A stretch of DNA of 64,000 nt from NCBI GenBank assembly GCA_041662245.1, contig JBAZSW010000006.1, forward strand, positions 10,442-74,441, read 5' to 3'. Below are positions 39,197 to 48,640 of the stretch, one piece after another. The stretch is from Parcubacteria group bacterium (GTDB lineage: Bacteria; Patescibacteriota; Minisyncoccia; Moranbacterales; UBA9337). The notes under the pieces are model-generated. The model made no database searches. It saw only the letters and a program-made list of their open reading frames with translations, and was not told the DNA's origin. The position numbers and the translations under genes are program-made. Each line of letters begins with the position of its first letter. Positions within the stretch are counted from its first letter, which is position 1.

Positions 39197-41003
39197 CCTT
39201 ACCCGTGATCATAATATCCTGATTTATTTTTAAGTCCTCTTTGTTTTGATTAACTTCTGGGGTTATTCCTATTTGAAATTTAACCTCTTTGGGATTATTC
39301 AAAAATCCCCTTCCATTTTCCAATGTTCCCACATTCCAAATTACCTCGTGAGTTCTTTCATTAAAAGAGATATCTTCACCCTGAGGAAAGACAACTCCTT
39401 TCCATTTTGCCCAAGTAGGAATAGTAGAATAAACTTTAATACCACTAACTGTATTAGAAACATTGGTTATTTTTAAATCAATAGCATAAGTTGTTTCTTG
39501 ACCCACCTCCACAGGATTTGGTCCAGAATTTTTTATGTCATTATCATTAAAGTTAACCTCTCTTGTTAGGGCCACCTTGGAATTTAATTTAACAAAAACC
39601 GTATTGCTAATATTCTTACTACTTCCCAATGAATGATAAGCGATATCAGAACTATCAATACTAGCCATTGCTTCAATGGCATAATTTTTATCATCAGCGC
39701 TTTTTATATCTAAACTATTTTTTACAGGAAGCACCACTATAAACTGTCCACTATCTCCCGGTTCTAATTTTTTTAAGTCTTTAGAATCGGCCACTTTCCA
39801 AGTAAAATCTTTGTTGGTACTATCATAAGCTCCTCCGTTAAGATTTACATGAGCATAATCAATTATAGGACTATCCAACTTTAATTTGACAATAACATCT
39901 TTTAACCCAATATCTCCTCGGTTGGAATAAGTAATGACATAAGTTAGTCTGTCTCCCAAATTAACATTGACCGAATTTTTTTCATTTACCTTTAAGTCAA
40001 TCGCTAGGGGTGGCATAACAACTTTTGTTGTGGCTTCCGATTTTCCATAGACAATCTCTTTCTCGTTATTTTCATTCTTGTAGATACTCGCCCTTATTAA
40101 TTTAATATCATATTGTTGCCCATTTATCTTACTTTTTATTTTTATAGAACCCCTTGCTCCTATGCTTAGATTTCCCAGATACCAATTGTTATCCCCCTCC
40201 ACTGGCTTAGGTACAGCTTCTTGAAAAATCAATCCATCTGGATATTCCAATTTAAGATTCAAATTATTCAAGGCTACTCCACCTTTATTTTCATAACTAA
40301 CCGTGTACTCAATTGTAGATTCATCTATGGCTTCCTTGGGAGTTTCTATTCCCAAAAATACTGGCGAACTAGTTACTTTTACACCCAATTGAGAAGTTGC
40401 GACAAAAAAACTATTAAAATTTTGAGCCTTATATTTTAATGTTGGTTGCAAATAAACCATAAAATTTTCTGCTGCATAAAATTTTCCCGTAACCTCAATT
40501 TCTCCATTACCAAAAGCCTTTATTTCTCCTAAATTCACCCGTACATTTCTATCATTATCTATTTCTATTTTATCATTTTTTTCTGGATAAAAATTTTCAG
40601 AATGATTTAATACTATTTCAACATTGCTCAATGAAACTCTATTTTTATTTTCATATTTAATAGTATAAGTAGCATCTTTAACACTGTTAACCACTTCGGG
40701 ACCCTCTACTTTAACCGTTACTCTATTTTCTGAAAAAGCCGTTTCTTTAAAATTAACTATCGCCACATAACCCAGGGAAAGTATTCCAATAGAACCGAGA
40801 GCAATCGCTCCAACATAAACCGCCCACCTTTTTTCATTAGTCAGCCATTCTTCATAAAAATTTTCCCACCAAGTTTTTTTTTCTTTAAAGCTATCTCCTG
40901 CCATTTTCGCCTCATCTAAATCGAACTCACTTCCCGAATGACCTCTTTTCTCAATTTCTGAATCAGGCTTATAAAGTTTTTCTTCTGTATTTTTCAGTGA
41001 CAT
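39150..41003 (-). CDS. large cell-surface protein with DUF11/CARDB-like repeats
   Basis: N-terminal TM anchor plus repeated beta-rich modules ('YENKGGVALNNL', 'YSNRGDIGLKDV'). Confidence 0.5.
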   Translation of the reverse strand: MSLKNTEEKLYKPDSEIEKRGHSGSEFDLDEAKMAGDSFKEKKTWWENFYEEWLTNEKRWAVYVGAIALGSIGILSLGYVAIVNFKETAFSENRVTVKVEGPEVVNSVKDATYTIKYENKNRVSLSNVEIVLNHSENFYPEKNDKIEIDNDRNVRVNLGEIKAFGNGEIEVTGKFYAAENFMVYLQPTLKYKAQNFNSFFVATSQLGVKVTSSPVFLGIETPKEAIDESTIEYTVSYENKGGVALNNLNLKLEYPDGLIFQEAVPKPVEGDNNWYLGNLSIGARGSIKIKSKINGQQYDIKLIRASIYKNENNEKEIVYGKSEATTKVVMPPLAIDLKVNEKNSVNVNLGDRLTYVITYSNRGDIGLKDVIVKLKLDSPIIDYAHVNLNGGAYDSTNKDFTWKVADSKDLKKLEPGDSGQFIVVLPVKNSLDIKSADDKNYAIEAMASIDSSDIAYHSLGSSKNISNTVFVKLNSKVALTREVNFNDNDIKNSGPNPVEVGQETTYAIDLKITNVSNTVSGIKVYSTIPTWAKWKGVVFPQGEDISFNERTHEVIWNVGTLENGRGFLNNPKEVKFQIGITPEVNQNKEDLKINQDIMITGKDEFTLEDINFTTGKR

Positions 41004-41094
41004 ATTTTAATAACAAAAAATAACACCAACCTATTTGTTTTTATTTTGTATTTAGATTTTATATATAGTTAGATTTTACCAAAAAAACCAACAA

Positions 41095-41811
41095 TTAACA
41101 AATCCATTTTATAAACATTCGTGATATGTGACTTAATTCTTTGGATTCTCTAGCGCTTATTTTTAGCTTAACTAAATTACTGATTTTATTTTGAAAAAAA
41201 ATCCTAATAATCTTTATAGAGTTATTACTGATAGGAAGAATGTTGGCACCTTCCTTGGCGCAATCCCCGCAAACTGCTCCACCTAAATTATATTCAAAGA
41301 AATTTCTGCTTCGGGATAATTTTTTTTCACATTTTACACATTTATTTAATTCTATTTTGTAACCTAGACAATCCAACAGCTTGAATACAAATCCTTGAGT
41401 AATGAGATTTTTTTGAATTTCATCTAGACTATCACTGATTTTGTCCAAAGCCTCCAAATAATCTACAAACAGGAAAAAAATGTCCGCGTCCTTTTCTTGA
41501 TCATTTATCAAGCGATTAAACGCTTTGGCCACCTTAAAAACTTTTTCTAACGAATCAAAATCATTGCGAATTTTCTTAAAATTATTTTCTACAATAGAGC
41601 TAGAAATATTTCCCATTCCCCTATTTCTCATTATAGTCAAATCTACCAAATAATAATTCTCCAAATGTCCGGCCAACTTAGATTTAGATTTTCGCACTCC
41701 TCTAGCAATCGCAGAAATTTTACCTTGCTCCAAAGTATAGACATTATAAATTCGATCGGTTTCTCCGATATCTTTTTTATTTAATATTATCCCTGTATAT
41801 TTATATTCCAT
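41095..41811 (-). CDS. recO: DNA repair protein RecO
   Basis: N-terminal OB-fold 'YKYTGIILNKKDIGETDRIYNVYTLEQGKISAIARG'. C-terminal Cys4 zinc motif 'CVKCEKK...CGDC'. Confidence 0.75.
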   Translation of the reverse strand: MEYKYTGIILNKKDIGETDRIYNVYTLEQGKISAIARGVRKSKSKLAGHLENYYLVDLTIMRNRGMGNISSSIVENNFKKIRNDFDSLEKVFKVAKAFNRLINDQEKDADIFFLFVDYLEALDKISDSLDEIQKNLITQGFVFKLLDCLGYKIELNKCVKCEKKLSRSRNFFEYNLGGAVCGDCAKEGANILPISNNSIKIIRIFFQNKISNLVKLKISARESKELSHISRMFIKWIC

Positions 41812-41918
41812 TTTTTATCATTGCTTTAGCTGCCACTCTTTGATTATACCGGCAAATAACCAAATTGTTAAATACAAAAAGGCCTCTGCTCAATATCAGC
41901 AAAAACCTTTTGAATCTC

Positions 41919-42077
41919 TTAATTATTTTTAGGAGACTTTTTCTTGTCTTGAGATACTCCTCCTTTATTTGATTCATTTTCAAGACTTCTGAAAAAAAGT
42001 CCTAAAACAACGCCCAAAAACACTATCCCCAACAAAATGAAAGCAACAACATAAAAAAGAATTAAAATTTTTAACAT
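41919..42077 (-). CDS. small membrane protein (52 aa), below the ORF-track threshold
   Basis: MLKILILFYVVAFILLGIVFLGVVLGLFFRSLENESNKGGVSQDKKKSPKNN with SD GAGGTGA upstream. Tentative. Confidence 0.25.
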   Translation of the reverse strand: MLKILILFYVVAFILLGIVFLGVVLGLFFRSLENESNKGGVSQDKKKSPKNN

Positions 42078-42093
42078 CCTTTCACCTCTTTGG

Positions 42094-45000
42094 CTATCTT
42101 TTTATAGTAATGACAATTTTTTCTCCATCAATTACAAATTCTTTTTCTAAATCTACTTTCGGGGATTTATTTTCCCTAGAAAGAACTTCGTCGGCCAATG
42201 TTTCTTTGGCAATAATATTTCTTAAATTTTCATCACCAAAAACCTCATTTGCCCCATCATACCATACCTTTATGCGATTGTCGACTTCATAGCCTGCTTG
42301 CTTACGCATTTCTTGTATAAAACGAATAATTTCTCGCGCTTGTCCTTCGAGTTTTAATTCGGGAGTAATTTCTGTATCTAGCTCAATAGCTAAGACATCA
42401 GCTGTTGGCTTATTTGTTTTGCCAGACAAAACATCCTTCATATTCGTTGTTTTAATAATAGCTTTGTGTTCTACTTTATCACCCTCATTTTTCCCAACAA
42501 CATAAGCTATATTTTTAACATTAACTTCTTCTTTTATTATTTCCAAGAGCTCTTCACTTAATCCACAATTCTTGATTCTTAATTCACCCAAAGGTTGTCT
42601 GACTTTTATCCCGCTCTTGGCTCGAAGCTGTAATCCAATGTTTACAATCTCCCGCACCGCTTGCATATCCAAATTTATTTTTTCATCAATCAAACCCTCA
42701 TCTGCCACCGGAAAATCAGCCAAATGCACCGACAATAAGGCCTCCTCCCCTCCCTGAGGGGAGGATTGAGAAGGGGTGGAAATTAAATTTCTAAATATTT
42801 CTTCACTCACAAACGGTGTAAACGGTGCCATCACCTTGGAAAGCTCTACTAAAACATAATACAAAGTCTGATAGGCTTCATTTTTATCACCATCGTTTTC
42901 ACTTTTCCAAAATCTCTTTCGACTGCGACGAATATACCAGTTGGACAGATTATCGACAAATTTTGGCAAAAGCCTCGCGGCTTTATGCAACTCATAATTT
43001 TCCATATGCAGATTAAATTCTCTAATCAACATATGCAATTCTGAAATAAGCCATTTGTCCAATAGGCCATTTAATTTTTGCGGATTAAAATTTTTATCCG
43101 CTTCAAACTTATCAATCTCAGCGTAAAGCACAAAAAAAGAATAGCTGTTCCAAAGCATTCGCATCATTCCACGAGTGATTTCCCCCACTTCATTCTCGAT
43201 AAAATTCATATTTTGAGCCGCCACCACAGGAGAACTCATCAAATAATAACGCACACTATCTGCTCCGTATTTCTCAAACATTTCCATCGGATCAGGATAA
43301 TTTTTTAGTTTCTTAGCCATTTTCTTTCCGTCCTCGGCTAATACGATTCCATTTACTATCACATTTTTAAAAGCGTTGCTATCTTTTATCCCGCTGGCAA
43401 TTACATGCTGATAATAAAACCAAGCTCTGGTCTGATCTATTCCTTCAGCGATAAAATCAGCTGGAAAACTTTCTTCAAATCTATCTTTATTTTCAAATGG
43501 ATAATGTTTTTGAGCATAAGGCATCGAACCACTGTCAAACCAAGTGTCTAGCACATCTGGCACTCTTTTCATTTCTCCTTTACACTTTTCACACTTGAAA
43601 ATAATTTTATCAACCACATGTTTGTGTAGATCATTAATTTTTTCTCCACTAATTTTTTCAAGTTCTGCGATAGAACCGAAAACTTTTTTTTCTCCACACT
43701 CTTCACATACCCAAATCGGCATTACACTAGCCCAAAAACGTTGACGACTGATAGACCAATCTCTCGCCCCCTCCAACCAATTACCAAAACGTCCTTCTTT
43801 TATATTAGCCGGAGACCAATTGATATTTTTGGCTAGCTTTAACATCTTATCTTTTATTTTCGTTACTGCTACAAACCATGAACTCGTCGCATAATTTATC
43901 AATGGAGTATCACAACGCCAACAATGCGGATAGCTGTGCTCAAATTTTTCTTTATGAAACAAATTTCCATTTTTCGCTAGATATTTAATAATTTCTACGT
44001 CAGTAGCTTGTGGGTTTTCAATCGGCTTTACATTCAACCCTGCTAACTCTCCCATCTCATCCTTAAAACTTCCATCCATTGCCACATGTTGTATAAAGGG
44101 AAGCTTTTTTTCTTTCCCTAATTTCATATCATCTTCACCAAAAGCCGGTGCAATGTGAACCACTCCCGTTCCTTCATCTGTTGTCACAAAATCACCAGCA
44201 TAAATTTTCCAACCATTTTCCCTATTTTCCAAGTTTTCATCTTTACTATAAAAATCAAAAAGCGGTTTGTATTTTTTACCAACTAAATCTTTACCCTTAA
44301 ATTCTTCAATAATTTTATATTCACTATCCTTAAAAACATCTGTCAATCTATCCTTAGCTAAAATAAATCTCACTAGCTTACCCACACCCTCATCTTTCTT
44401 TTCTATTTTTACATAATTAATATTTTCACCAACTGCAAGTGCCACGTTTCCTGGTAAAGTCCAAGGTGTTGTCGTCCAAGCTAAAATAGAGGTCTTGACC
44501 TCCCCTCCTCCCTGAGGAGGGGATTGAGGAGTGGTGTCTTCGCCATTGTCAGAAATAAATTCAAACTCTGCGATCACACTCAAATCCTTCACATCCTTAT
44601 ATCCTTCGGAAACTTCTTGCTGCGAAAGCGTGGTTTCACAACGCGGACAAATATGCATAGAGCGATAATCTTGGTAAATTAAATCCTTATCCCATAATTC
44701 TTTAAAAACCCACCAAACACTCTCCATGTAATCTTTATCCATAGTGCGATAAGCATTTTTCATATCTGCCCAGCGTCCCAACCTTGGAATAAGTCGCTCC
44801 CATTCATCTACATATGCCAAAACTTTGCTACGACAAAGTTCATTAAATTTTTCTACACCCATCACTTCAATATCTTTTTTCTTCTTGCTTCCCAATTCTT
44901 TTTCTACAATGTTTTCAATTGGCAAACCATGACAATCCCAACCCCATTTACGCTGCACATAGAACCCACGCATCGTCCAATATCTCGGCACTACATCTTT

Positions 45001-45192
45001 CAAAAGACTCCCCACGATATGTCCATAATGAGGAGTGCCTGTCGCGAAAGGAGGTCCATCATAAAAAGTATATTCTTTGGCACCTTTGCGATTTTCCATT
45101 GATTTTTCAAATATTTTATTTTCATTCCAAAAATCGATGATATTTTTTTCCATCTCCGGAAACTTTTGATTTGATTCAACTTTCTTAAACAT
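42094..45192 (-). CDS. ileS: isoleucine--tRNA ligase
   Basis: 1032 aa. HIGH-type motif 'PHYGH', KMSKS-like 'KMAKKL', editing domain, zinc knuckles 'CPRCETTL' and 'CWRCDTPL'. Confidence 0.9.
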   Translation of the reverse strand: MFKKVESNQKFPEMEKNIIDFWNENKIFEKSMENRKGAKEYTFYDGPPFATGTPHYGHIVGSLLKDVVPRYWTMRGFYVQRKWGWDCHGLPIENIVEKELGSKKKKDIEVMGVEKFNELCRSKVLAYVDEWERLIPRLGRWADMKNAYRTMDKDYMESVWWVFKELWDKDLIYQDYRSMHICPRCETTLSQQEVSEGYKDVKDLSVIAEFEFISDNGEDTTPQSPPQGGGEVKTSILAWTTTPWTLPGNVALAVGENINYVKIEKKDEGVGKLVRFILAKDRLTDVFKDSEYKIIEEFKGKDLVGKKYKPLFDFYSKDENLENRENGWKIYAGDFVTTDEGTGVVHIAPAFGEDDMKLGKEKKLPFIQHVAMDGSFKDEMGELAGLNVKPIENPQATDVEIIKYLAKNGNLFHKEKFEHSYPHCWRCDTPLINYATSSWFVAVTKIKDKMLKLAKNINWSPANIKEGRFGNWLEGARDWSISRQRFWASVMPIWVCEECGEKKVFGSIAELEKISGEKINDLHKHVVDKIIFKCEKCKGEMKRVPDVLDTWFDSGSMPYAQKHYPFENKDRFEESFPADFIAEGIDQTRAWFYYQHVIASGIKDSNAFKNVIVNGIVLAEDGKKMAKKLKNYPDPMEMFEKYGADSVRYYLMSSPVVAAQNMNFIENEVGEITRGMMRMLWNSYSFFVLYAEIDKFEADKNFNPQKLNGLLDKWLISELHMLIREFNLHMENYELHKAARLLPKFVDNLSNWYIRRSRKRFWKSENDGDKNEAYQTLYYVLVELSKVMAPFTPFVSEEIFRNLISTPSQSSPQGGEEALLSVHLADFPVADEGLIDEKINLDMQAVREIVNIGLQLRAKSGIKVRQPLGELRIKNCGLSEELLEIIKEEVNVKNIAYVVGKNEGDKVEHKAIIKTTNMKDVLSGKTNKPTADVLAIELDTEITPELKLEGQAREIIRFIQEMRKQAGYEVDNRIKVWYDGANEVFGDENLRNIIAKETLADEVLSRENKSPKVDLEKEFVIDGEKIVITIKR

Positions 45193-45248
45193 ATATTTTA
45201 TATATTTTATAAAACTTTAAATTATTAAATTATTAGCTTATTACCTTT

Positions 45249-45286
45249 TTGCATTTTACTGCTACGCTTTGAAGTGTGGAAGTAAA
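45249..45286. repeat. 38-bp perfect direct repeat, copy 1 (ttgcattttactgctacgctttgaagtgtggaagtaaa)
   Basis: Identical to 45850-45887. Lies 57 bp upstream of the ileS start. Confidence 0.8.
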
Positions 45287-45293
45287 TGACTAT

Positions 45294-45839
45294 TTAAAAA
45301 TATTTAGTCATTCTCTTCAATTTCTTATATAGATCTGTTTTTTCTTTCATCTTATTCATTTGCTCCACAACCTTTCTAATTTCCTCCCTTTGCTTTTTGT
45401 TGGAGTTCTTTATAATATTCTCCAAAACAATTTCCGGCCAATAATACATGGGATATTTTTTCTTTATATTGCTAAAATTTCTTTTAAAATAATCGTCTTC
45501 TTTTACAATATCTTTGCCCTTAGTAATCTCCACTGCTTTGCGATAGCCTTCTCCTGAAATATTTAGCCACTCTCGTACTCTAGCAATTGTTCCATCTCCT
45601 ACCTTTAATTCATCTTTTATTTCCTCATAAGAAAACCCATCCAATATCATTTCTGCAATTTTTAATCTTTTGGAAATCATTTTTACTTCATTGACAGTAA
45701 GTAAGTCACTTAAAAAACCTGCTATTTCTTCTGGCTTTTTTATTTTAGACACAGCCAAACATAGCTTATAAAACATCTTTCCCAAGTCTTTCTTATTCAC
45801 ACTCTCTTTTTTACTTGTATTCTCTTTTAATTTATCCAT
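45294..45839 (-). CDS. TrpR-like YerC/YecD family DNA-binding protein with C-terminal extension
   Basis: 'LSDLLTVNEVKMISKRLKIAEMILDGFSYEEIKDELKVGDGTIARV' resembles the YerC/YecD HTH. 181 aa. Confidence 0.45.
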   Translation of the reverse strand: MDKLKENTSKKESVNKKDLGKMFYKLCLAVSKIKKPEEIAGFLSDLLTVNEVKMISKRLKIAEMILDGFSYEEIKDELKVGDGTIARVREWLNISGEGYRKAVEITKGKDIVKEDDYFKRNFSNIKKKYPMYYWPEIVLENIIKNSNKKQREEIRKVVEQMNKMKEKTDLYKKLKRMTKYF

Positions 45840-45849
45840 AAAAATAAAA

Positions 45850-45887
45850 TTGCATTTTACTGCTACGCTTTGAAGTGTGGAAGTAAA
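45850..45887. repeat. 38-bp perfect direct repeat, copy 2
   Basis: Identical to 45249-45286. Lies 11 bp upstream of the YerC-like ORF start. Confidence 0.8.
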
Positions 45888-45899
45888 ATAGTTTTTTTA

Positions 45900-46185
45900 A
45901 TTTTATAATTTTCGTAGCATAAAAAAACAAAAAATCCCTACGCAAAAATTGCATAAGGACGAATAAATCGTGGTACCACCTTAGTTTAGCTTGTAGTTTT
46001 TAGATTTTTAGTTTGTAGTAAAAAATACTACTATCTAAAAAGTTAATCGCTACCAGCTCTTAATTTCAGCTATTACGGGCTTACCCGATAAGGTCTACTC
46101 ATCAAAAAGACTTTCTTCTTATATTCTCTCGCTTATTAGGCGAATTCAAATGGTGATAGCCACCCTACTGGAGAATTTTAATTGA
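45900..46185 (-). promoter_or_regulatory. candidate T-box riboswitch leader (with upstream sigma70-like promoter at 46192-46220)
   Basis: Minus-strand RNA carries 'AAGGUGGUACCACG' (+ 45968-45983), one mismatch from T-box consensus AGGGUGGNACCGCG. Followed by a hairpin (45934-45958) and U-run (45920-45933). Upstream promoter TTGCCA-17-TAATAT. Confidence 0.45.
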
Positions 46186-46228
46186 CAAGTTTATATTACA
46201 TTAAAAATATTTTTTTGGCAATAATTTT

Positions 46229-46774
46229 TTATAATTCACTAAATAAAATATTTTTCTTGTCTTTTTCAGAAATAATTGGAATTTCAATCCCATTTTTAGA
46301 TAATTGCCAATCAATATTCAAATCTTTGTCATCCCACATTATGCCTACTTCTAAAGTAGGGTTATAAAAATTGGTGCACTTATAACTAAAAATAGTGCCG
46401 TCTTCCAAAGAAAGAAATCCGTGTGCCAATCCCGGAGATATCCAAAATTGTTTTTTGTTTTCTCCTGATAATTCTATTGAAAAATATTCTCCGAATGTTG
46501 GAGAATCTTTACGAATATCCACAGCCACATCTAAAACTTTCCCTTGTATTACCTGTACTAACTTTCCCTGAGCAAAAGGCTCCTTTTGAAAATGCAAACC
46601 ACGTAATACTCCCTTGGCCGAAGAAGAAAGATTATCTTGCACAAAATCAAACTCGATTCCTGCCTCCTTATATCTTTGAGTATTATAAGTCTCGACAAAA
46701 AAACCTCTTTCATCTCCAAAAATCTTTGGTTCGATAACTAACACTCCTTCTATTTTTGTTTTTATAATATTCAT
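46229..46774 (-). CDS. rfbC: dTDP-4-dehydrorhamnose 3,5-epimerase
   Basis: 'MNIIKTKIEGVLVIEPKIFGDERGFFVETYN' cupin fold. 181 aa. Confidence 0.85.
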   Translation of the reverse strand: MNIIKTKIEGVLVIEPKIFGDERGFFVETYNTQRYKEAGIEFDFVQDNLSSSAKGVLRGLHFQKEPFAQGKLVQVIQGKVLDVAVDIRKDSPTFGEYFSIELSGENKKQFWISPGLAHGFLSLEDGTIFSYKCTNFYNPTLEVGIMWDDKDLNIDWQLSKNGIEIPIISEKDKKNILFSEL

Positions 46775-46893
46775 ATTTATTTTTCAAAACCCAAAAGATA
46801 AGCAATTATTTAAATTTTAAAAAAAATTATTTTATTTTTTATATCAATCTTATTTTAGACAAAATTCAAGGGAATCTACATTAAGATTCCCCC

Positions 46894-47172
46894 TTAATCC
46901 AATTGGCAAACTGTCGGAGCTTTGCCCCTAACGAACATAATGTAAAATCTATCATCTGGCATATTCCATTTCAACATTTTTTCTTTGCTTAAACCAAGAT
47001 TTTTGGCAGAGATAATAAGATTTCCATTTTTACCTGCTTTATCCCGACAGATACTAATAAACCTTTTGGCCTCATCTTCCGCTCCCTTAAATCCACATTG
47101 TTTAATTAGCCTTTTAACAGCATGATTTGAAGCCGCCCCAGAAACTTTAAGAAGCTTCCCTCCTTTTGCCAT
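46894..47172 (-). CDS. hypothetical small basic protein
   Basis: 92 aa, no family recognised. Confidence 0.3.
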   Translation of the reverse strand: MAKGGKLLKVSGAASNHAVKRLIKQCGFKGAEDEAKRFISICRDKAGKNGNLIISAKNLGLSKEKMLKWNMPDDRFYIMFVRGKAPTVCQLD

Positions 47173-47187
47173 TTTGTCCTCCTTTGT

Positions 47188-48414
47188 CTAAAAAACTATT
47201 TTAACAAAATTTATCTTTCCAACTTTAAGTATTTTTCCATTAAATTTATCCTTTGTCAATATTTCCGTTCCCACTGAAATTTTTTCACCCTCAATTGAAA
47301 CACCCCCCTGTTCAATTTTTCGTCTAGCATCACCCCTGCTGTTAGCTAAACCACAAGAAACCATAAAATCTATAACATTTTCTTCCGCTTCATAGGCGTC
47401 TACCCATTTTGGAGTACACTCGCGTACATCAGTTGGAATTTCTTTTTTTGAAAAAGTATTTGAAAAATATTCCTGAGATTTATCTGCCTCAGTTTCACCA
47501 TGATAAATTTTTACGATTTCCCAAGCTAATCGCATTTTGGCATCACGTGGATTTTCTAATTTCATCAACTCTTCAATTTCTACTAAAGAAATTCGGGTAC
47601 ATCCGATAGCCAAAGGTTTAATCATTCCATCAGATTGCGACATTATCGCTCCATAAAGATTATTGGCATCCAAATCCAAGAACACTCCCGTTCCATTAGA
47701 TTTTGACATCAACATCCCTGTCTTCTCATCTGCGATTAATTTAGTTGCAATGACAAATTTTTCTTTATTTTTTAATTTTTGCATTAAAGTCCTACCCGCT
47801 AGCGCATTAAATATCTGATCTGTCCCGCAAAGCTCCACATCCACATCCAGTACGACACTGTCATAACCTTGCATCAACGGATACAAGAATTCATGTACAT
47901 AAATTGGTCGCCCTTCTTTCATTCTCTTATCAAACATGTCCCGCTCCAACATTTGTTGAACCGTAAAATTACTAGCTAATTCCAAAACTTCTGCAAAATT
48001 GAGTCTTCTCAACCAATCAGAATTATATTTTATCTGCACCGGATTATTTTCGTCATCAAAGTTAAGTATATTCTTAACTTGCTCTTTCCAATTTTTAAAA
48101 TTTTCCTCCACTCCTTCACGAGTTTGCTTCACTCTCGCCGAAGATTTATCACTCGGATCACCTATCATACCAGTAAAATCGCCAATCAAAAATATAACTT
48201 CATGCCCTAATTTTCTGAAATCTTCCAATACCATTAAATTTTGAGCGTGTCCCAAATGAAGAGCCTTGGCAGTAGCATCTGCTCCAATATAAAAACGCAT
48301 TTTTTCTTCTGTTAACAATTTTTTGCGAAATTCTTCTTTAGTGGGCAAAAATTCTATTAAAACACCTCTTTCTAAAACCTCATCCACCTTTTGCTCTAAT
48401 TCTTTTTTATTCAT
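47188..48414 (-). CDS. tyrS: tyrosine--tRNA ligase
   Basis: Class I 'HLGH' and 'KMSKS' ('LMSKSNGTG') motifs. C-terminal S4-like domain. 408 aa. Confidence 0.8.
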   Translation of the reverse strand: MNKKELEQKVDEVLERGVLIEFLPTKEEFRKKLLTEEKMRFYIGADATAKALHLGHAQNLMVLEDFRKLGHEVIFLIGDFTGMIGDPSDKSSARVKQTREGVEENFKNWKEQVKNILNFDDENNPVQIKYNSDWLRRLNFAEVLELASNFTVQQMLERDMFDKRMKEGRPIYVHEFLYPLMQGYDSVVLDVDVELCGTDQIFNALAGRTLMQKLKNKEKFVIATKLIADEKTGMLMSKSNGTGVFLDLDANNLYGAIMSQSDGMIKPLAIGCTRISLVEIEELMKLENPRDAKMRLAWEIVKIYHGETEADKSQEYFSNTFSKKEIPTDVRECTPKWVDAYEAEENVIDFMVSCGLANSRGDARRKIEQGGVSIEGEKISVGTEILTKDKFNGKILKVGKINFVKIVF

Positions 48415-48640
48415 ATTTGTTGGAATAAGTCTATAATTTAAGTAATTTTATTGTAACACTAATAAATGTTGATTTCAACATTTATTAAATAATCAATATT
48501 CAATGCTCAATACTCAGTAAATTTGTAATAATCAATTTATCAATAAAAAATGAATATTACGATATTGAGTATCGAATGAATGTTTATTATTGGATATTCA
48601 AAAACCCCTAGCTTTCACTAGAGGTTTCTATCTTTTTAAT

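Noticed and set aside
41801-41983. 60-aa ORF overlapping the recO start
   Set aside because: Wrong frame relative to the better-supported 52-aa membrane ORF with an SD. Likely spurious.
45249-45887. CRISPR array hypothesis for the 38-bp repeats
   Set aside because: Only two copies separated by 563 bp containing a full ORF. No repeat-spacer periodicity.
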